Assembly (NCBI GenBank): GCA_003693705.1
Contig: RBZT01000269.1
Span: 1-44,089, forward strand
Source: Polymyxa betae A26-41
Taxonomy: Eukaryota; Protista; Endomyxa: Phytomyxea
DNA length: 44,089 nt
Direction: 5' to 3'
Shown: positions 22,089 through 36,080 of the stretch, piece by piece
Position numbering within the stretch: position 1 is the first letter of the stretch
Layout of the letters: each line of letters opens with the position of its first letter
The notes under the pieces: generated by a model
Database searches by the model: none
Told to the model about the DNA's origin: nothing
What the model saw: the letters and a program-made list of their open reading frames with translations, nothing else
Made by a program: the position numbers and the translations under genes

Positions 22089-24366
22089 TCAAAGAGCGTC
22101 GGCGAAGCCCGGTGCGGACCCAGGGCGTGACCGGCCCTGGAATACTTCACGATCTATGTTACTAAAATCACTTTGATTTTGGCCACTAATCGTAGGCGAC
22201 GGAGTTCTGAGTAGTTGGATGGCGAATATTCGTCCTATAATCTCAGTTTCGTAGCTAGATACAGCGTCCTTGAGGTTGATGGCAACTTTAATTGGTTGTT
22301 TGATCGTCATCTTCACAGCTGGAGACAGGTACGATCGCAGCTGAAGGAGATATTCCAATTACTATGAGCATGAAGGCAGCTCTGTATGGATCAAAGTATC
22401 AGTTATCTCGAGAGTAAACTGCAGGAACAATTCACCGATTTTAGAGGAACTTGATCTCGAAATACAATGTAAAAACATCTTCGACATATTCTGAGATCCG
22501 ATTCTCGGACAGACTGAATTTCACAAAAGCCATCGCCTATTGCAATCGGCGTTTTAAAACCACAAAATAACCAGTCTATGATTCTGCGGGAATATTTTTC
22601 TGGGAATCAAAAATGTGGAAATTGGCTTCGACATCGAACCTGAAAAATTCCAGCTCTTTCTGTCAGCTGATAGAAATACAGTATAGAATCGAAACATGCC
22701 CAGAAACAGCCAATATTTTTCCCTAAGTTCTCCAGAGCCTCTTTTATAAGCGACTGATCAGAATTCCGCTTCTTCATAGAACTCTTAGCCTAATAATTCT
22801 CAATTTTTCGGTCAGCACCACCTGACACTTTTAACATAGTAATCAATGGGATCATTAAGAGCGTCGATCATCCTCAGATACGGTTGGTGAGGAACTCGAA
22901 TTCTTCCGCTTTACGCTATTCGCTCAAAAGCCATTTGACGAAACCAGATGGAGAGCGACACCGAAACCAACCACAAGAGCCTTTTGTAGTCCGTGCTATC
23001 GTTACAAATCTCCCAAAATAGTTTCGTCTTTCTAACAAGGCAGGTTGGCGGCGATTCTGTGTGATAGAAACATTCCTATCAGTTTATGTAGATGTAACAA
23101 AACGTTTGGATGTTCGTATGCGCTTCCGCATCTGTCGCTCTCCGCAGAGATCTCCGGAGCATCGGGAACTGAACTGCGAGTGCGGAAACGGGTTCCCCCA
23201 ACGGTCTTGGAACCGCTTTAGATCGTTTGAGCAACATTTTACGAGACAGCGTAATACTGGCCGACACACTGCATTCCGCCAGTCTGTCAAACAGCGCCGG
23301 ACGGTAGCATCGGCGTCAAATCTGAACGGGAGTAACAGAAGTTTCCGATACAAATTCGCGATTAAGATGAGTTTTTGTAACGTGCTCGCAGCCAGTCCGA
23401 TTTCGGTGATTTCAGACAGGACGATTTTCGTCTCATTCAGCATCACAAAAGCAGGCTCCGTGGCTCTGTTATGATAATCCTTAATCTGACAGAACGTTTT
23501 CTGAGACAGAACGTGCAGCTCTTCGTTATTCGGCGCTTTGTTCTAAGACGGCGTATTCAACAAACGCCGCGTACTGAGAATTATGTTACCAGAAATTGAC
23601 AGAGACTATTGTAGCATGTAACGTCATCAGCCGTATGATTGAGCAGATTATCGAGCGGGTAATACCGACATGATCCTTGACGACGACCTCGTTTTCTATT
23701 CGCTTTTTTGTCTGTTACTGCTGTGTTATAGAAACCCTAAACAGAAGCGATCAGTGAGGAATCCGCTGTGATCAGTGATGGATGACAATATAGGTCTCAT
23801 TCGGCAGACAGGATTCCTGAGCCGCGGACGCATTCGAAGCAAAAATTTCTCCCGGAATCGGATCTGTAAAAGGCTGTTCTTCCGTAGCAAATAGCGATGA
23901 CGTCTGAATAGAATCGCCCAATAATGATGGAATCTGATTGAAGTCATCCTATACAGAAATGAAACTCTTGAAAGAAAAACGAATTGAATTTCCATCATAC
24001 AGCAGATAACGTCTCATGGACCTCCTATAGAGTATATTTAACCGGAGATCTCAGCAGCATACAGCCGGACTTACATTGAAATCTTGCTGCGATGAAGTTC
24101 CGCCCTCAATTCTCTCCCTGCAGGCTTGATCGCTCTGAAAATTTGGCACGGATAAGAACATGAAAGAATCTTGAACAGGTCGAATATCAGTATCAATCAA
24201 CAGCTGGAAGAACGGATAAGGAATGGGGCCAGTATTGCAGCTGATAGAGCATTACCTCGGACTGATGGGCCAGCGGCAAGTCCGCCGATAGCGACATCTT
24301 GGTCGCAGCAGGGTCCACGGCCTCGCATACGGCCAATACGACGAGCACGATCGAGAACGCCGCCAT
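22089..24366 (-). pseudogene. Possible decayed secreted-protein gene
   Basis: Signal-peptide-like start MAAFSIVLVVLAVCEA at 24366, followed by broken same-strand ORF fragments (23084-23446, 22089-22358). Linkage of the fragments is unproven. Confidence 0.25.
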
Positions 24367-26048
24367 CTCAGCAATGCCAAGCGATTCGACGAATCGTCCA
24401 GAGCGGGAAGTCAGTCCGACCAATCCAGGCCGTCGTACACGCAGTTTCTTGTATGACTCATATCTTCTCGTAAACCCTAAACCCTAAGAAGAGCGGCATT
24501 CAGGTCATGGGTGGATGATTCTCTCATTCAATAATATTCCAGCTGCTTCTCTAAGGTGCCTATAGTGCTTCGCATTCGTGGCTTTTTATGTTCTAGAGGA
24601 TTGCTGCTCTGCTCTTGATTTGCATCTTTCAATGGATTCCGAGCTATAAGGATTCTGTCGTCTGAACCTTTATTATGGCTCTCCTGCTCAACAGATGTCA
24701 GGTCCTTAACCGTATTTGAAACAGTGCTGAAGGTAGCGGAACAAAGAACTTTGCATAAAGCGCAGTTGCCATTAGCGAAGAGCCTTCCTTGTCGGAAATG
24801 CTCCAAATCATGACGGACGAAACCGTTTCAACAGAACCCTAACCCTAACAATGGGTTGAAGAGATATATTGGGCAAGATTCTTGATTGTTATAAAGTATC
24901 CTACAAATAATAAGACAACAAACAATTCCGTGCCAGATCCTTCTACGACAAGAACAGGAAAACTTCGAAATCGAATGCGGACTGACATTTGACAGCGAAT
25001 CGGTGATTTGGCGAATATCTGTGATTAACCGAGAACGTAATATCGGGGTCCGAAACTCGCAATAATGGAAGGCTTGATCCCTTACGAAGGAATGTACTTG
25101 CATACAGAGTAAGATCTTTCAGAGCGTTATTGATTATTGGTCGTGATTACAATTCTGCATTTTGCTGTCGATTTTAGCCTTGAAGTTTATATGCAGTGCT
25201 GTTTTCTCTCGTTCGAATCCATTAAAAATTTCAATCCTGCGGCTGTTGCCATTTATTCTCCATCATTGAAATTCTCCATCATTGAAAACTGCTCTGTAGA
25301 CGCATCCAGATTTTCAATTGAGCCAACTCCGCAGAAGTTCCGCAGGGCCAATTCTAACGAGTGCAGAGGCAAAACCCTAAGCAGGTTTGCTCCGACTGTG
25401 ATTCGGAATTTGGCCAACAACGGTCCACCTACTCTACCGATTCAATAATGCGCAAAACAATTCTACATGCCGTAGAGAGTGCATCAATACGATTCCAACT
25501 GCTGATTTGCGACAAGACAGCCAGCGTCATATTCCATGATTATCGACGGCTGTCAAGAGAGTCAGCGGCAAACCGAACCTAGAAGATCCGATTAGCTTAG
25601 AAAGGTCCGGTCTCGCTAGGTACAGTGAAGTGTAGAGGCGCAGCATTCAAACCGTAATGAGGCTACTTTTTTCAAAGAAAATTCATAAAAATAAGGAAAC
25701 ATAAAAACTTAAGTTGATAAAAAGTGTTATTTTTGTTTAAATGTCCAAGTCTGCAGACAAACGAATCCCTTTTTCAGCAACACGCACCATGAACTGGAAT
25801 AGACAATTTCCCTCTCGGTTCGGTGATTCGTTTGAAACACGAATTTCACGATGGGAGCTCTAACAACAGATTGCCCCCAACAGAATTTTAAACAGAACAC
25901 CTTCTATGGGCGCTTTTATTCATGGTTTGTCCTACTGCGACGTTTTCTTGCAGAAACTATTTTATGACTTTTTATAACAAGTTTTCTTGCAAAAACTAAC
26001 AGTTGTAGGGCGTTGGATTTTAATATTGTTTTGGTCGCCCATTTGTAT

Positions 26049-26327
26049 TCAGGGCGAATATCGCGCCAGATTCGTCAGACGCCAATGCAGATTCTTGGTG
26101 ATCGCCATCCTGGCCATCGCCGACATCAGCCTGGCGATCTGCCGCGCCTTTCGTAATCCCATCTGCTTCATGAACTGGGCCAGGCCCTGGAACCGCCCGT
26201 TCATATCGTCGCGCAAGCCCAGCACGACCCAGCCGGCGTGCCGCGGGTAGACCCGATACAGGTGGGCGGCGCCCGTCGTACTGGACCTGGCGGCCAGCCG
26301 GTCGGCATGCAAGCCCATTAGCGTCAT
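26049..26327 (-). CDS. Hypothetical small basic protein (92 aa)
   Basis: ATG-initiated ORF that coincides with a GC-rich island in AT-rich flanks. No motif recognised. Confidence 0.4.
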   Translation of the reverse strand: MTLMGLHADRLAARSSTTGAAHLYRVYPRHAGWVVLGLRDDMNGRFQGLAQFMKQMGLRKARQIARLMSAMARMAITKNLHWRLTNLARYSP

Positions 26328-26535
26328 GATCTATTCAATTGTAATCTCGATTTAGCCCGATTTTCGACAAAATTGATGAATTTTTTTAAATTTGTTTCTA
26401 AAGTTTTGATAAAAATATAAAAAGCTCGAAAACGGTCTATGGGAAACTATTGCGATTTTTCGGAGATGAATGCCAATTCCGGCCGTTTTTTTTGGAGATA
26501 ATGAGAGCTGATGCAAAACCCTAAACCCTACTAGA

Positions 26536-26796
26536 ATGTCAGTTGATGATGGCCGACCTCCTCCGATACGAATTCATCAGAACATGTTGGAAAATGCGGC
26601 GGCGATCAGGCGGCGTCGGACGCTGACCGCATGCACCCTGCTCCTCTGCATCATCGTCGTGATCGCCCTGATCGGCGCCAGCCTGGCCGCCCCGAATCCC
26701 GAAGGGCGCTGGGTGATGGCCGCCCTGGCCGCCGCCTATAGCTCCTACACCATCCTAACCGTCGTTGCCATCCTTCGGAAAGCCTTCTCTACCTAG
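26536..26796 (+). CDS. Hypothetical small two-TM membrane protein (86 aa)
   Basis: GC-rich ORF: RRRR followed by two hydrophobic helices separated by PNPEGR. Confidence 0.55.
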   Translation: MSVDDGRPPPIRIHQNMLENAAAIRRRRTLTACTLLLCIIVVIALIGASLAAPNPEGRWVMAALAAAYSSYTILTVVAILRKAFST

Positions 26797-27761
26797 GCGC
26801 CGCAATCCGGTGTTATACTGGCCCTCGGCATGATGTTTCTGCATTCAGCAGGGTTACGTTCGGCATCAGAGACTTTAGAACGTAATCAATGGCTTGGAGA
26901 AAGCGCCAACAGCTCCCGCCGATCCGGGGAAAGGGGCAAAACTTGAAGATATGAATGTGTATCTTACAGAATCAGAAGATTAGCGGGTGGTTAGGATTAG
27001 GGTTTGGTTGCAGTGTGATTCAAAAGAAACAAACGGATATAATCGGATACCGTCGTTTGTGAAACTCTGTTTGCGGATTCGCCACAATGTGCAAAGTGAA
27101 TATTTCTGCTAAATTTATTAAGTTCGCCTTTTGTATAACTAAGCATTGTGGATTAGAATGGTTTGGTGCCTGAAAAGGAGACAACATGTTGACTTCTTGT
27201 GAATAATTCAAGAAATTACAGTGGAGCGTCTTTGATATGAACATAAAGAATCGCAGCTAATGAACGTTTGTTGATGAAGCTGTTGATGGGGATCTAGTGT
27301 CGTTTAATCTGGCTATGCCGAATGTTTCCTATAGCTCATTCTCATAATTGTCTCCATTACATCATTTGCGTTATAATCAGGCCATGCTGGACACTGTTTT
27401 TCAGTGAGAAATGGGGATTTTGTTGCCATGAAACGACATTGATAAGGCACATATTTTGAACTCTTTTGGAAAGAAGGATCCTTCTGCGAAACGAGCAATG
27501 CTTGAATGGAAAATGGCTCTTGTGGTCTTTTCGGTGTTTCTTTAGTATTAGGTATAGCAAAATAACAACCTAAATTATCTTCCAGTTCAAAAAGGCCTAC
27601 GATTTCTCTCAATATCTAAGACTGATTTATCGCAGATTCAAATCGTCGACATGGTTTTATGAAAATGCGAGCAAATTTGCGGAGTTTCTTTGACAGCGCA
27701 TTTTTTGTTTTCATCCAAGATTTGTCGCAGTTTCGTATCAAGGCTGGGCTTGACGTCGACG

Positions 27762-29476
<1,715 letters not shown>

Positions 29477-30505
29477 ATCTCTTACTTTTCGTATGTTTCT
29501 TCATTCTCTCAATTATTTCTCCTGTCAGAAAGCACACTTTCTTTCTGGCTGGATTGGATTCGTGTAGTTTTTGTTGGTAACAACGGGCGTTGCTGTATCC
29601 ATTGCACAAGGCCCAAGGTATGCCGATTGCTTAGCATTTAAATCCTCAGGAACTCCTATTTATATTTAGGTGCTAACAGTATTTCACCCATCAATGAAAC
29701 TGTTCTCTTGCTGGGCCCTCTCAATAGGACCTAGAAGAGTCTCGGAAATGGCGAAGCTGCGATTAAAAAACTTTAAATAAACAGGCATACGCCTGGACAT
29801 TGACATGGAGGTTCAGCCACCAAAACAAGCTGCTGAATTTCCAATTGTTATAGAGTACTCTGTACTAAAATATTTACGCTGTGCAAGCTTTTATTGAAAT
29901 TTAGGTGAAAATTACTGTAGGCTCCAGAAAGCCGTGTCGCGACCAACGGACCTTCGTAAGCTGTTCGGACACAGAGGCAAGCAAATCCTCTCCAGCCAGA
30001 AAGAAATCTCCTCCTGCTTCGACATCACCGAATGCAATACATCGCGGAAGCCAAACCGAACAGCTCAACAGTCCGATAACAGCACGCCATGTGGTCCATC
30101 AAACGTTCGGGGGCCAGCACCACTACACACGCTATCGGGAGCATGCTTCGTGTCAGCGTGGCCAGTCATTAATGGACAGCTGCATGGCGGCTACGAACTT
30201 TGCGTGGAACAGATCGTGCTGCAAGAACTCCGAAGTGAGCACGGGGCGTCGTTGAGGTGGAACCGAGCTTTGGAAGAGCGTTACGCGGGTTTGCGCCTGA
30301 CGGCGGAAGCCGCGTCGAGAACACCTGAAGACGTAACTTAATAACTCTTACGGGATAAGATATCTTTGAGGCGGCACCTTTCCCTTGATCAGATCACGGC
30401 GATGGGTCGATGACGGCTTTGTTAAAAGCATCGACGGCCTCGGCGCCTGGAGGTCGATTAAGGAGATCGGGAAGTAAATGCTTTGGTGTATAGCTCGAAC
30501 ATTGT

Positions 30506-30647
30506 TCAGTGGTAGTGAGAGATATGGTTGAGGATTTCCTGAAGGGCGACGTCAGGAAGATGGTCAAAACCAGGCTTTGGATCAGTGAGGTTAACGGCAA
30601 GGGCCACTACGATGAGAATCAGCAGGATTTGTAAGATTCGCGCTCAT
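30506..30647 (-). pseudogene. 5' end of a pseudogenised signal peptide + F-box-like gene (decayed sequence probably continues toward ~29900)
   Basis: ATG at 30647, then after a one-base shift ARILQILLILIVVALA-VNLTDPKPG-FDHLPDVALQEILNHIS and a premature stop. Confidence 0.5.
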
Positions 30648-30689
30648 TTCGAAGATAAAAAATCTTGAAATACATACGAACAAAAGATA

Positions 30690-30763
30690 TGTCCCGACCC
30701 AGACTCGAACTGGAGACCTCCTGTGTGTTAGACAGGTGTGATAACCAACTACACCATCCGGAC
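30690..30763 (-). tRNA. tRNA-Val (AAC)
   Basis: Reverse complement GTCCGGATGGTGTAGTTGGTTATCACACCTGTCTAACACACAGGAGGTCTCCAGTTCGAGTCTGGGTCGGGACA; cloverleaf with AAC anticodon. Confidence 0.96.
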
Positions 30764-30819
30764 ATTAACTGCATTTTATTCTTCGTTTCGCACTTCAGGT
30801 TTGTCTTGCGGCATCAATT

Positions 30820-31681
30820 TCACACTTTTTTAATCGATTTTCTAACAGTTGGCTGCAGAATTAGTATCGTCCACACTAATGAGGGTGCGACAACGAAAAT
30901 AAAACTTATTCTGGTGGCGGTTTCCTTGGTAGGCCACCAGTATCCGATCTGGCGCCCGGTCTTGGGATTGACAGCCTGCCATCCTTGCTCAAGTAGCTTC
31001 TTGGTGCGCCGCCGTCGAACGCAGAGATGGATGTCAATCAGATTCAACTCCTCGGCCATCAGATCTTCGTCGCTGATCTCGACGTCGCTAGCTAGAACTT
31101 CACCGCGGTTATCCTGGATCTCGACCAGCATCTCGTTCACTATATCAGTGGCGGGTTTGAACTCGTCCAAGGTGTGGTGCCACCCCCAGTACTTGTCGAT
31201 CTTCGCCGGAGTGATATGTCTCTTCGTCCAGGGCCCCCAGTAGCCGAACATGTTCATGACTTGAATGTAGGCCGAATTGTGATCGTTGTTGCAGGGCGAG
31301 TTGTCACGAACACGTAGTGCACACTGAAAGAGCCGTGCGTTGAACATAGCCATCATCTGGCTGAGGGTTGGGAAGAAGAGCATGGCGTAATCGTGGCGCT
31401 CGAACTGCATGCTGGATTCGGATGTTGCGCTCGATGCCCGCAGTCTTAAGAAGGTCCTTGCCTTGAACGTACTGGACAAAGCGCCAGATCTTGCCGTGAG
31501 TGTCCGCAGTGATCTCCCACCTTGTAGCAAAGACTTTCCGGACCAGGTTCGCTGGGCTGTATAAGTTCCATTCGTCGTAGCGATGTCTCGACGTTGCTCC
31601 GAGACCATTCGTTCCGACTTTGTGTGCTTTTGATGATAAAGCAAAGGGATTTGTGTTTTCCAAATATTCAAAAGCAGTCAT
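30820..31681 (-). pseudogene. Intronless unknown gene split over two overlapping frames (frameshift near 31410-31430)
   Basis: ORF 31304-31681 looks protein-like in its first ~90 aa. ORF 30820-31671 looks protein-like from QFERHDYAMLFFP onward. No family recognised. Confidence 0.45.
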
Positions 31682-32771
31682 CGCAACATTCTGAATTCAA
31701 TAAAGCACAAATTAAGGAAGGATTTCAATAGAAAGAGCTCACCACCTCCAGAGCACAAAAAATCGGGAAAAAAAGAGCCTCTTGTGGTGAGATGATTTCG
31801 GGCAATCACGTGTTTCGGCTTATGTAGATGCTGAGCCTTTGATCATATCAAAGACTTCGATCAAGAGACGATCAACAGCATCAAAATTCAATCAGGAAAT
31901 CGAATACACAACTTTAATGCATTCGCGTATTTCAGCCTCCAATGATGAATGCAAAGATCCTTGTATTCTTCTTATGTCTCAATACACCGACTGGCCAAGG
32001 GTAATGCAGTTCGCTGTGTAAATGGGCCCCGAAATCCGTTCAGCATCTGTAACTTTCTGTTTCCGATAATTGGATTGGAGTTTTATACCATCACATTCAC
32101 GACGAATGCAGATTTCGACATCAATTCGTGCCGATTCCTGCATTTACGCAAACCAGCGCCCTGATTCTTCGATTGCATTTGGATTAATAGACCATGTTGG
32201 CTATATTCCACCAGTCCTGTGATAGGGTTCATTGCGGGAGATTTCAATCTGATGAGAGATTCCGGTATTGATAGAATCAAGATGATGAGAACGCTTATGC
32301 CATTTAGTTGCTCGGGAATTATCGCCTGATTAATGGTTGAGCAAGTGAGGAACATCATAGTAGATGTTCTGTTTCTACCGACGAAACAATAATGCCTCTT
32401 ATTGTAGAAGTTTTCGCATCCAAAGCTGGCAGCCGTTTAGTCCTCGACGGAGCTATTCAATTTAATCAGAAGCTGAGTCTACACAGCGTCATGTCACTAG
32501 AGAGAATATCCGAGTTTCAACAATGAGCTAACAAGGTTTATGGAATTAACCTGACCGCGCTGTTGGTGAAAACAATCCCTATCTTGACTATTTTTATTGC
32601 TTCGGTTTTGATATGATTTTGGTCTCTGAGCAGCATCCACTCGGCTTGTATTTACAGATCGGTTTCCGCATTTGAATCTTACGATATCCATAGGCATCAT
32701 TTCCGATGTTCCAAACCCATCTTTATGGAAAAGTTCCAACAAATGATAGAACAACAAAAGCCAAAAAAGTA

Positions 32772-32844
32772 AGGCCCTGCGCAGACTCGAACTGCGGTTG
32801 CAGGAATCAGAACCCTGCGTGATAACCACCTACACTACAGAGCC
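32772..32844 (-). tRNA. tRNA-Gln (CTG), copy 1
   Basis: Reverse complement GGCTCTGTAGTGTAGGTGGTTATCACGCAGGGTTCTGATTCCTGCAACCGCAGTTCGAGTCTGCGCAGGGCCT; T-run downstream. Confidence 0.95.
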
Positions 32845-33269
32845 ATATTTCCAATCCGTTCATGAGAACGCACTCAGAGCAACAAGCTGACCTTTCTCTT
32901 CGTTATGCAGGGACTCCGCCGAATTGTGCCAACATGTTCCATCCAATATCCAAAAGGAAGGAGAGCTGGGTAACAATTAGGGGTGTATTGAGGGCTTACG
33001 GTTCATGGGCTCGAGTCAAATAAATGGCTTAGACGGGTGCCTATAATACTTCATTCAGGAATCCTGAAGTCAGGAAGATAGATGGCCGAACAGCTTAATC
33101 CTCTAAAAAATGGGTGAAATAAATCAAATAATTTCCGCTCTTAAACTCAAAAGTAAGAGCTTCTAAAGTGACCTTTGTGCTCTCTACGCTGTTTGATGAA
33201 ATTTAACGAATTTGTCAAATCCAATCCATTGACACTCTTTTGCCTCATCCTGGTTCATGCCTGATTACT

Positions 33270-33495
33270 ACAAAGCGCATTGTACTGAATGAGGTGGGAT
33301 TCAATATCGAGCCGCCGACTGTTCTGCATCAGGACATTCAAGCTTCAATAGACTTCAGATCCAGTGAAAATCAATCACTTCAAAAGCAAATAGCTTTGAG
33401 AAAGAGATGTGTTCGCGAAATATTGCGGAAGGGAGGATTGGTCTCCTGTTTTGTTAATATCAGATATATCAGCCGATGCCTTTGTCATCAAACCA
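33270..33495 (+). mobile_element. Decayed Ty1/copia RNase H fragment
   Basis: LNEVGFNIEPPTVLHQDIQASI...KQIALRKRCVRE..KG, and shifted DISADAFVIKP, resemble copia L.ELG....PT.LYQDNQ.AI...KHI..R..FVRE and ADxxTKP. Confidence 0.6.
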
Positions 33496-33808
33496 TTCAT
33501 GTTCAACATCGCAATTGATACAAATTCCGTTCTTCTCGAAATTGTAGTTTTTCATAAATTCGTCAAATTACAATATATCATTATACCCAGAGCGCATTGA
33601 ATACAACTCGGTCGTACTGTTGTAATAAAAACCTCCATTCGAAAATGTGAAACTGGCCCAAAGGGCAACAGAATTTCATGGCTCCAGATTAATTATCGTG
33701 ATCAATCCGTGATCAATCATTGGATTGGTCCGAGACCTGCACGTTTAATGACCGCAATTATGATTTCCGGGTGTCTCTCAGATCCACATTCCTCCATATT
33801 CTGGCCCG

Positions 33809-35327
33809 ATGATTCGAATCTCCATATTCGGACTGATCGCCGTGGCCGCTGGTTTCGGCGCCGTCCGGGCCCTGGCGGGCGACAAACGATCCAAGGCTGG
33901 AGGCGTCGAGCTGGACCGCTACGACAATCCCTCCCGATTGTTCCCCAATGATGTCCTGGCCTTGATCGCGAATCGCCTCGATTATAGATCCGCCGCCATC
34001 ATGTCCACGGCCTCTACACAGATGCAGGCGGTGAGCGTTCCCGTCCTGAGCTTTCATCAGCTCTGCGATACGGCCGTCCCGGACGCCGAACTCGAACGTC
34101 GAATCCGCGCCTTCGTCCAGCCCGGCGTCCGTATCCAGCAGTTCACCCCCGAACAGTGCGTGGGCGTGTACGACCGCGTCGTGGAGAGCGGCCTGACCAA
34201 CGACGTCAAACTCGACCTGATCCAGACCCTGATCGAGGCCGTCGACGGATTCGTCGACATTGCGTGGTCGCTGCCGCTCCCGGAAGGCGTCGACGCGATC
34301 CTGAAGCGGATTGCGGACGACCAGCTGCGCGATACGCACACGCAACTGGTCGTTCGGGCTGCTGTCGTTGCCGTTACCCGCAGTCCCCGCGGCCGCCGGG
34401 GCCAGCATTCCCGCCTCGGTCATCGCCTCCGTGGAGGCCGCCGTTGCGAGTTGTCAGAGCACCATGCCGCACTGGCCCACGAAGCCTGTTTCCGCCGAGT
34501 TTCTGTCTCGATATTCGGCTCCGTGGAATCAGATCTGGGACTATCAGGAGAGAATCGCGGCGATTGTTTTGGACAAGAATAAGAGCGTGGTCGCTGATCG
34601 TGATCTCCTGCTGGCTTTGGCCCGATTCGGGATGCGATTCGATCTGATGGCGTATTTATCGGTGGTGACGCCGCCGGAGACGGAGTTGCCGCAGCTCTAT
34701 CCGTTCTTACGCAAGAATAAGTTCGACATCTTGGTAGGGGAGCTCGCTTCGCTGCCGCTGCGATATCACGAGGCGCTGATGAAGATTCCGGACTTTCTGT
34801 CTCGTATGAAGAGCAATCCGTATTATATCGCCCTCTATCTCCATCGAATGCAACATTCTCACAAAACCGACATTATTCAGAACATTCTGAAATTATTCAC
34901 CATCGATAATCGGACTTTGAACGCGGCTTTTGCCGTCCACAGATTAAATTCTCGTATCGGCGAATATCTATTAACTTTACCCTATTTCGATTTGTATAAG
35001 CCAGCTCCTGTAGTAATCGATGGGCAAGATCATAATGTTTGTCCTCTGGATTTGTTACTCTCAAGATTTAGTCGATCTGGAATATCCAGTAAGAATTTCC
35101 TGCTTTTGGTGGAACAAAATGTGGAGAAATTTGTTGATTATTGCTGTTCTGCTATGGAAGATCGAGGAATGCAGTCAATCTATGGATTGATAGTGGCAAT
35201 TCCTCATCTATGGAACCTATGTAAGGGAGTTAAATCATCTCGTGGTCATACTCTTGGACATTGTTACAGCCACAATCATGCCATGAAGGAATTTTCAGAC
35301 ATGAAGATTGTGTATCAGAATCCGTAA
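33809..35327 (+). CDS. Secreted protein with an N-terminal F-box-like motif; frame discontinuity near 34310-34380; paralog of the gene at 43177-44089
   Basis: Signal peptide MIRISIFGLIAVAAGFGAVRALA, then LFPNDVLALIANRLDYRSAAIMSTASTQMQAV. The second ORF (34311-35327) aligns along its length with ORF 43177-44049. AATAAA follows the stop. Confidence 0.7.
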
Positions 35328-35450
35328 CAATGTTACAATGTTTTATCTCAAATCAATAAAATTTTGTTCATAATTTACTCTGCGAGCTCTCTTCCACCTG
35401 ATGTTAATAAATCACCGATCTGTGATAACCCACATATAGAGAGTGATATC

Positions 35451-36080
35451 CAGTCCTCCCTCTCTATAACGACAGTCTTTATATCGACATCTCTATAGAA
35501 GCCCGATAATGTTACATTGTGCGGATATTGTTCTATGGATTCTCTACAGCGTCATCAATGACATGGCGACGCGGCCCCTGTCTGTCAGTATGGGGCTCTT
35601 TGATTCTCATCTCGATCCTTAGCAAGACAAACTTGGTTTTCTACGATTGCCTCGTCACCCTTAGACTAGCCAGCTGGGAGGGTTAACATTGCGTCAGGCG
35701 CTCAGACCCCTTTATTTATCACATGGTCCCTACTCCTTCGAGAAAGAGTCGTTCGGGATAGCCGAGAAACAGCAGATTTGCCGAGTATACAATGATAGCA
35801 CTACAGAGACAAAAACTACAATCGAAGAGCTGGTTTATGAAAGATTGGGTTATCAGGCTCGACTATTTCTGGCATTAAAAAAAACGAGAATCAAGTGAGC
35901 AAGCTGCCGTTAACGACCACAAAACGACGCGCATCGATTGTTAAGCACTTTTCGGGATAACACCCAAGTACTGCGAGGATAACTTCTTGAAGTTTGTAAA
36001 GCTTTAATTTTGTATCTATTCGAGAAATAAACAAAAAAAAAACATAACCCCGCCAGTGTCGTTATAGAGAGGGAGGACTG
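35451..36080. mobile_element. Tc1/mariner-pogo (Tigger-like) MITE, 630 bp
   Basis: Perfect 24-bp TIR CAGTCCTCCCTCTCTATAACGACA (35451-35474; reverse complement at 36057-36080). TA on the right flank, TC on the left. Confidence 0.85.
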
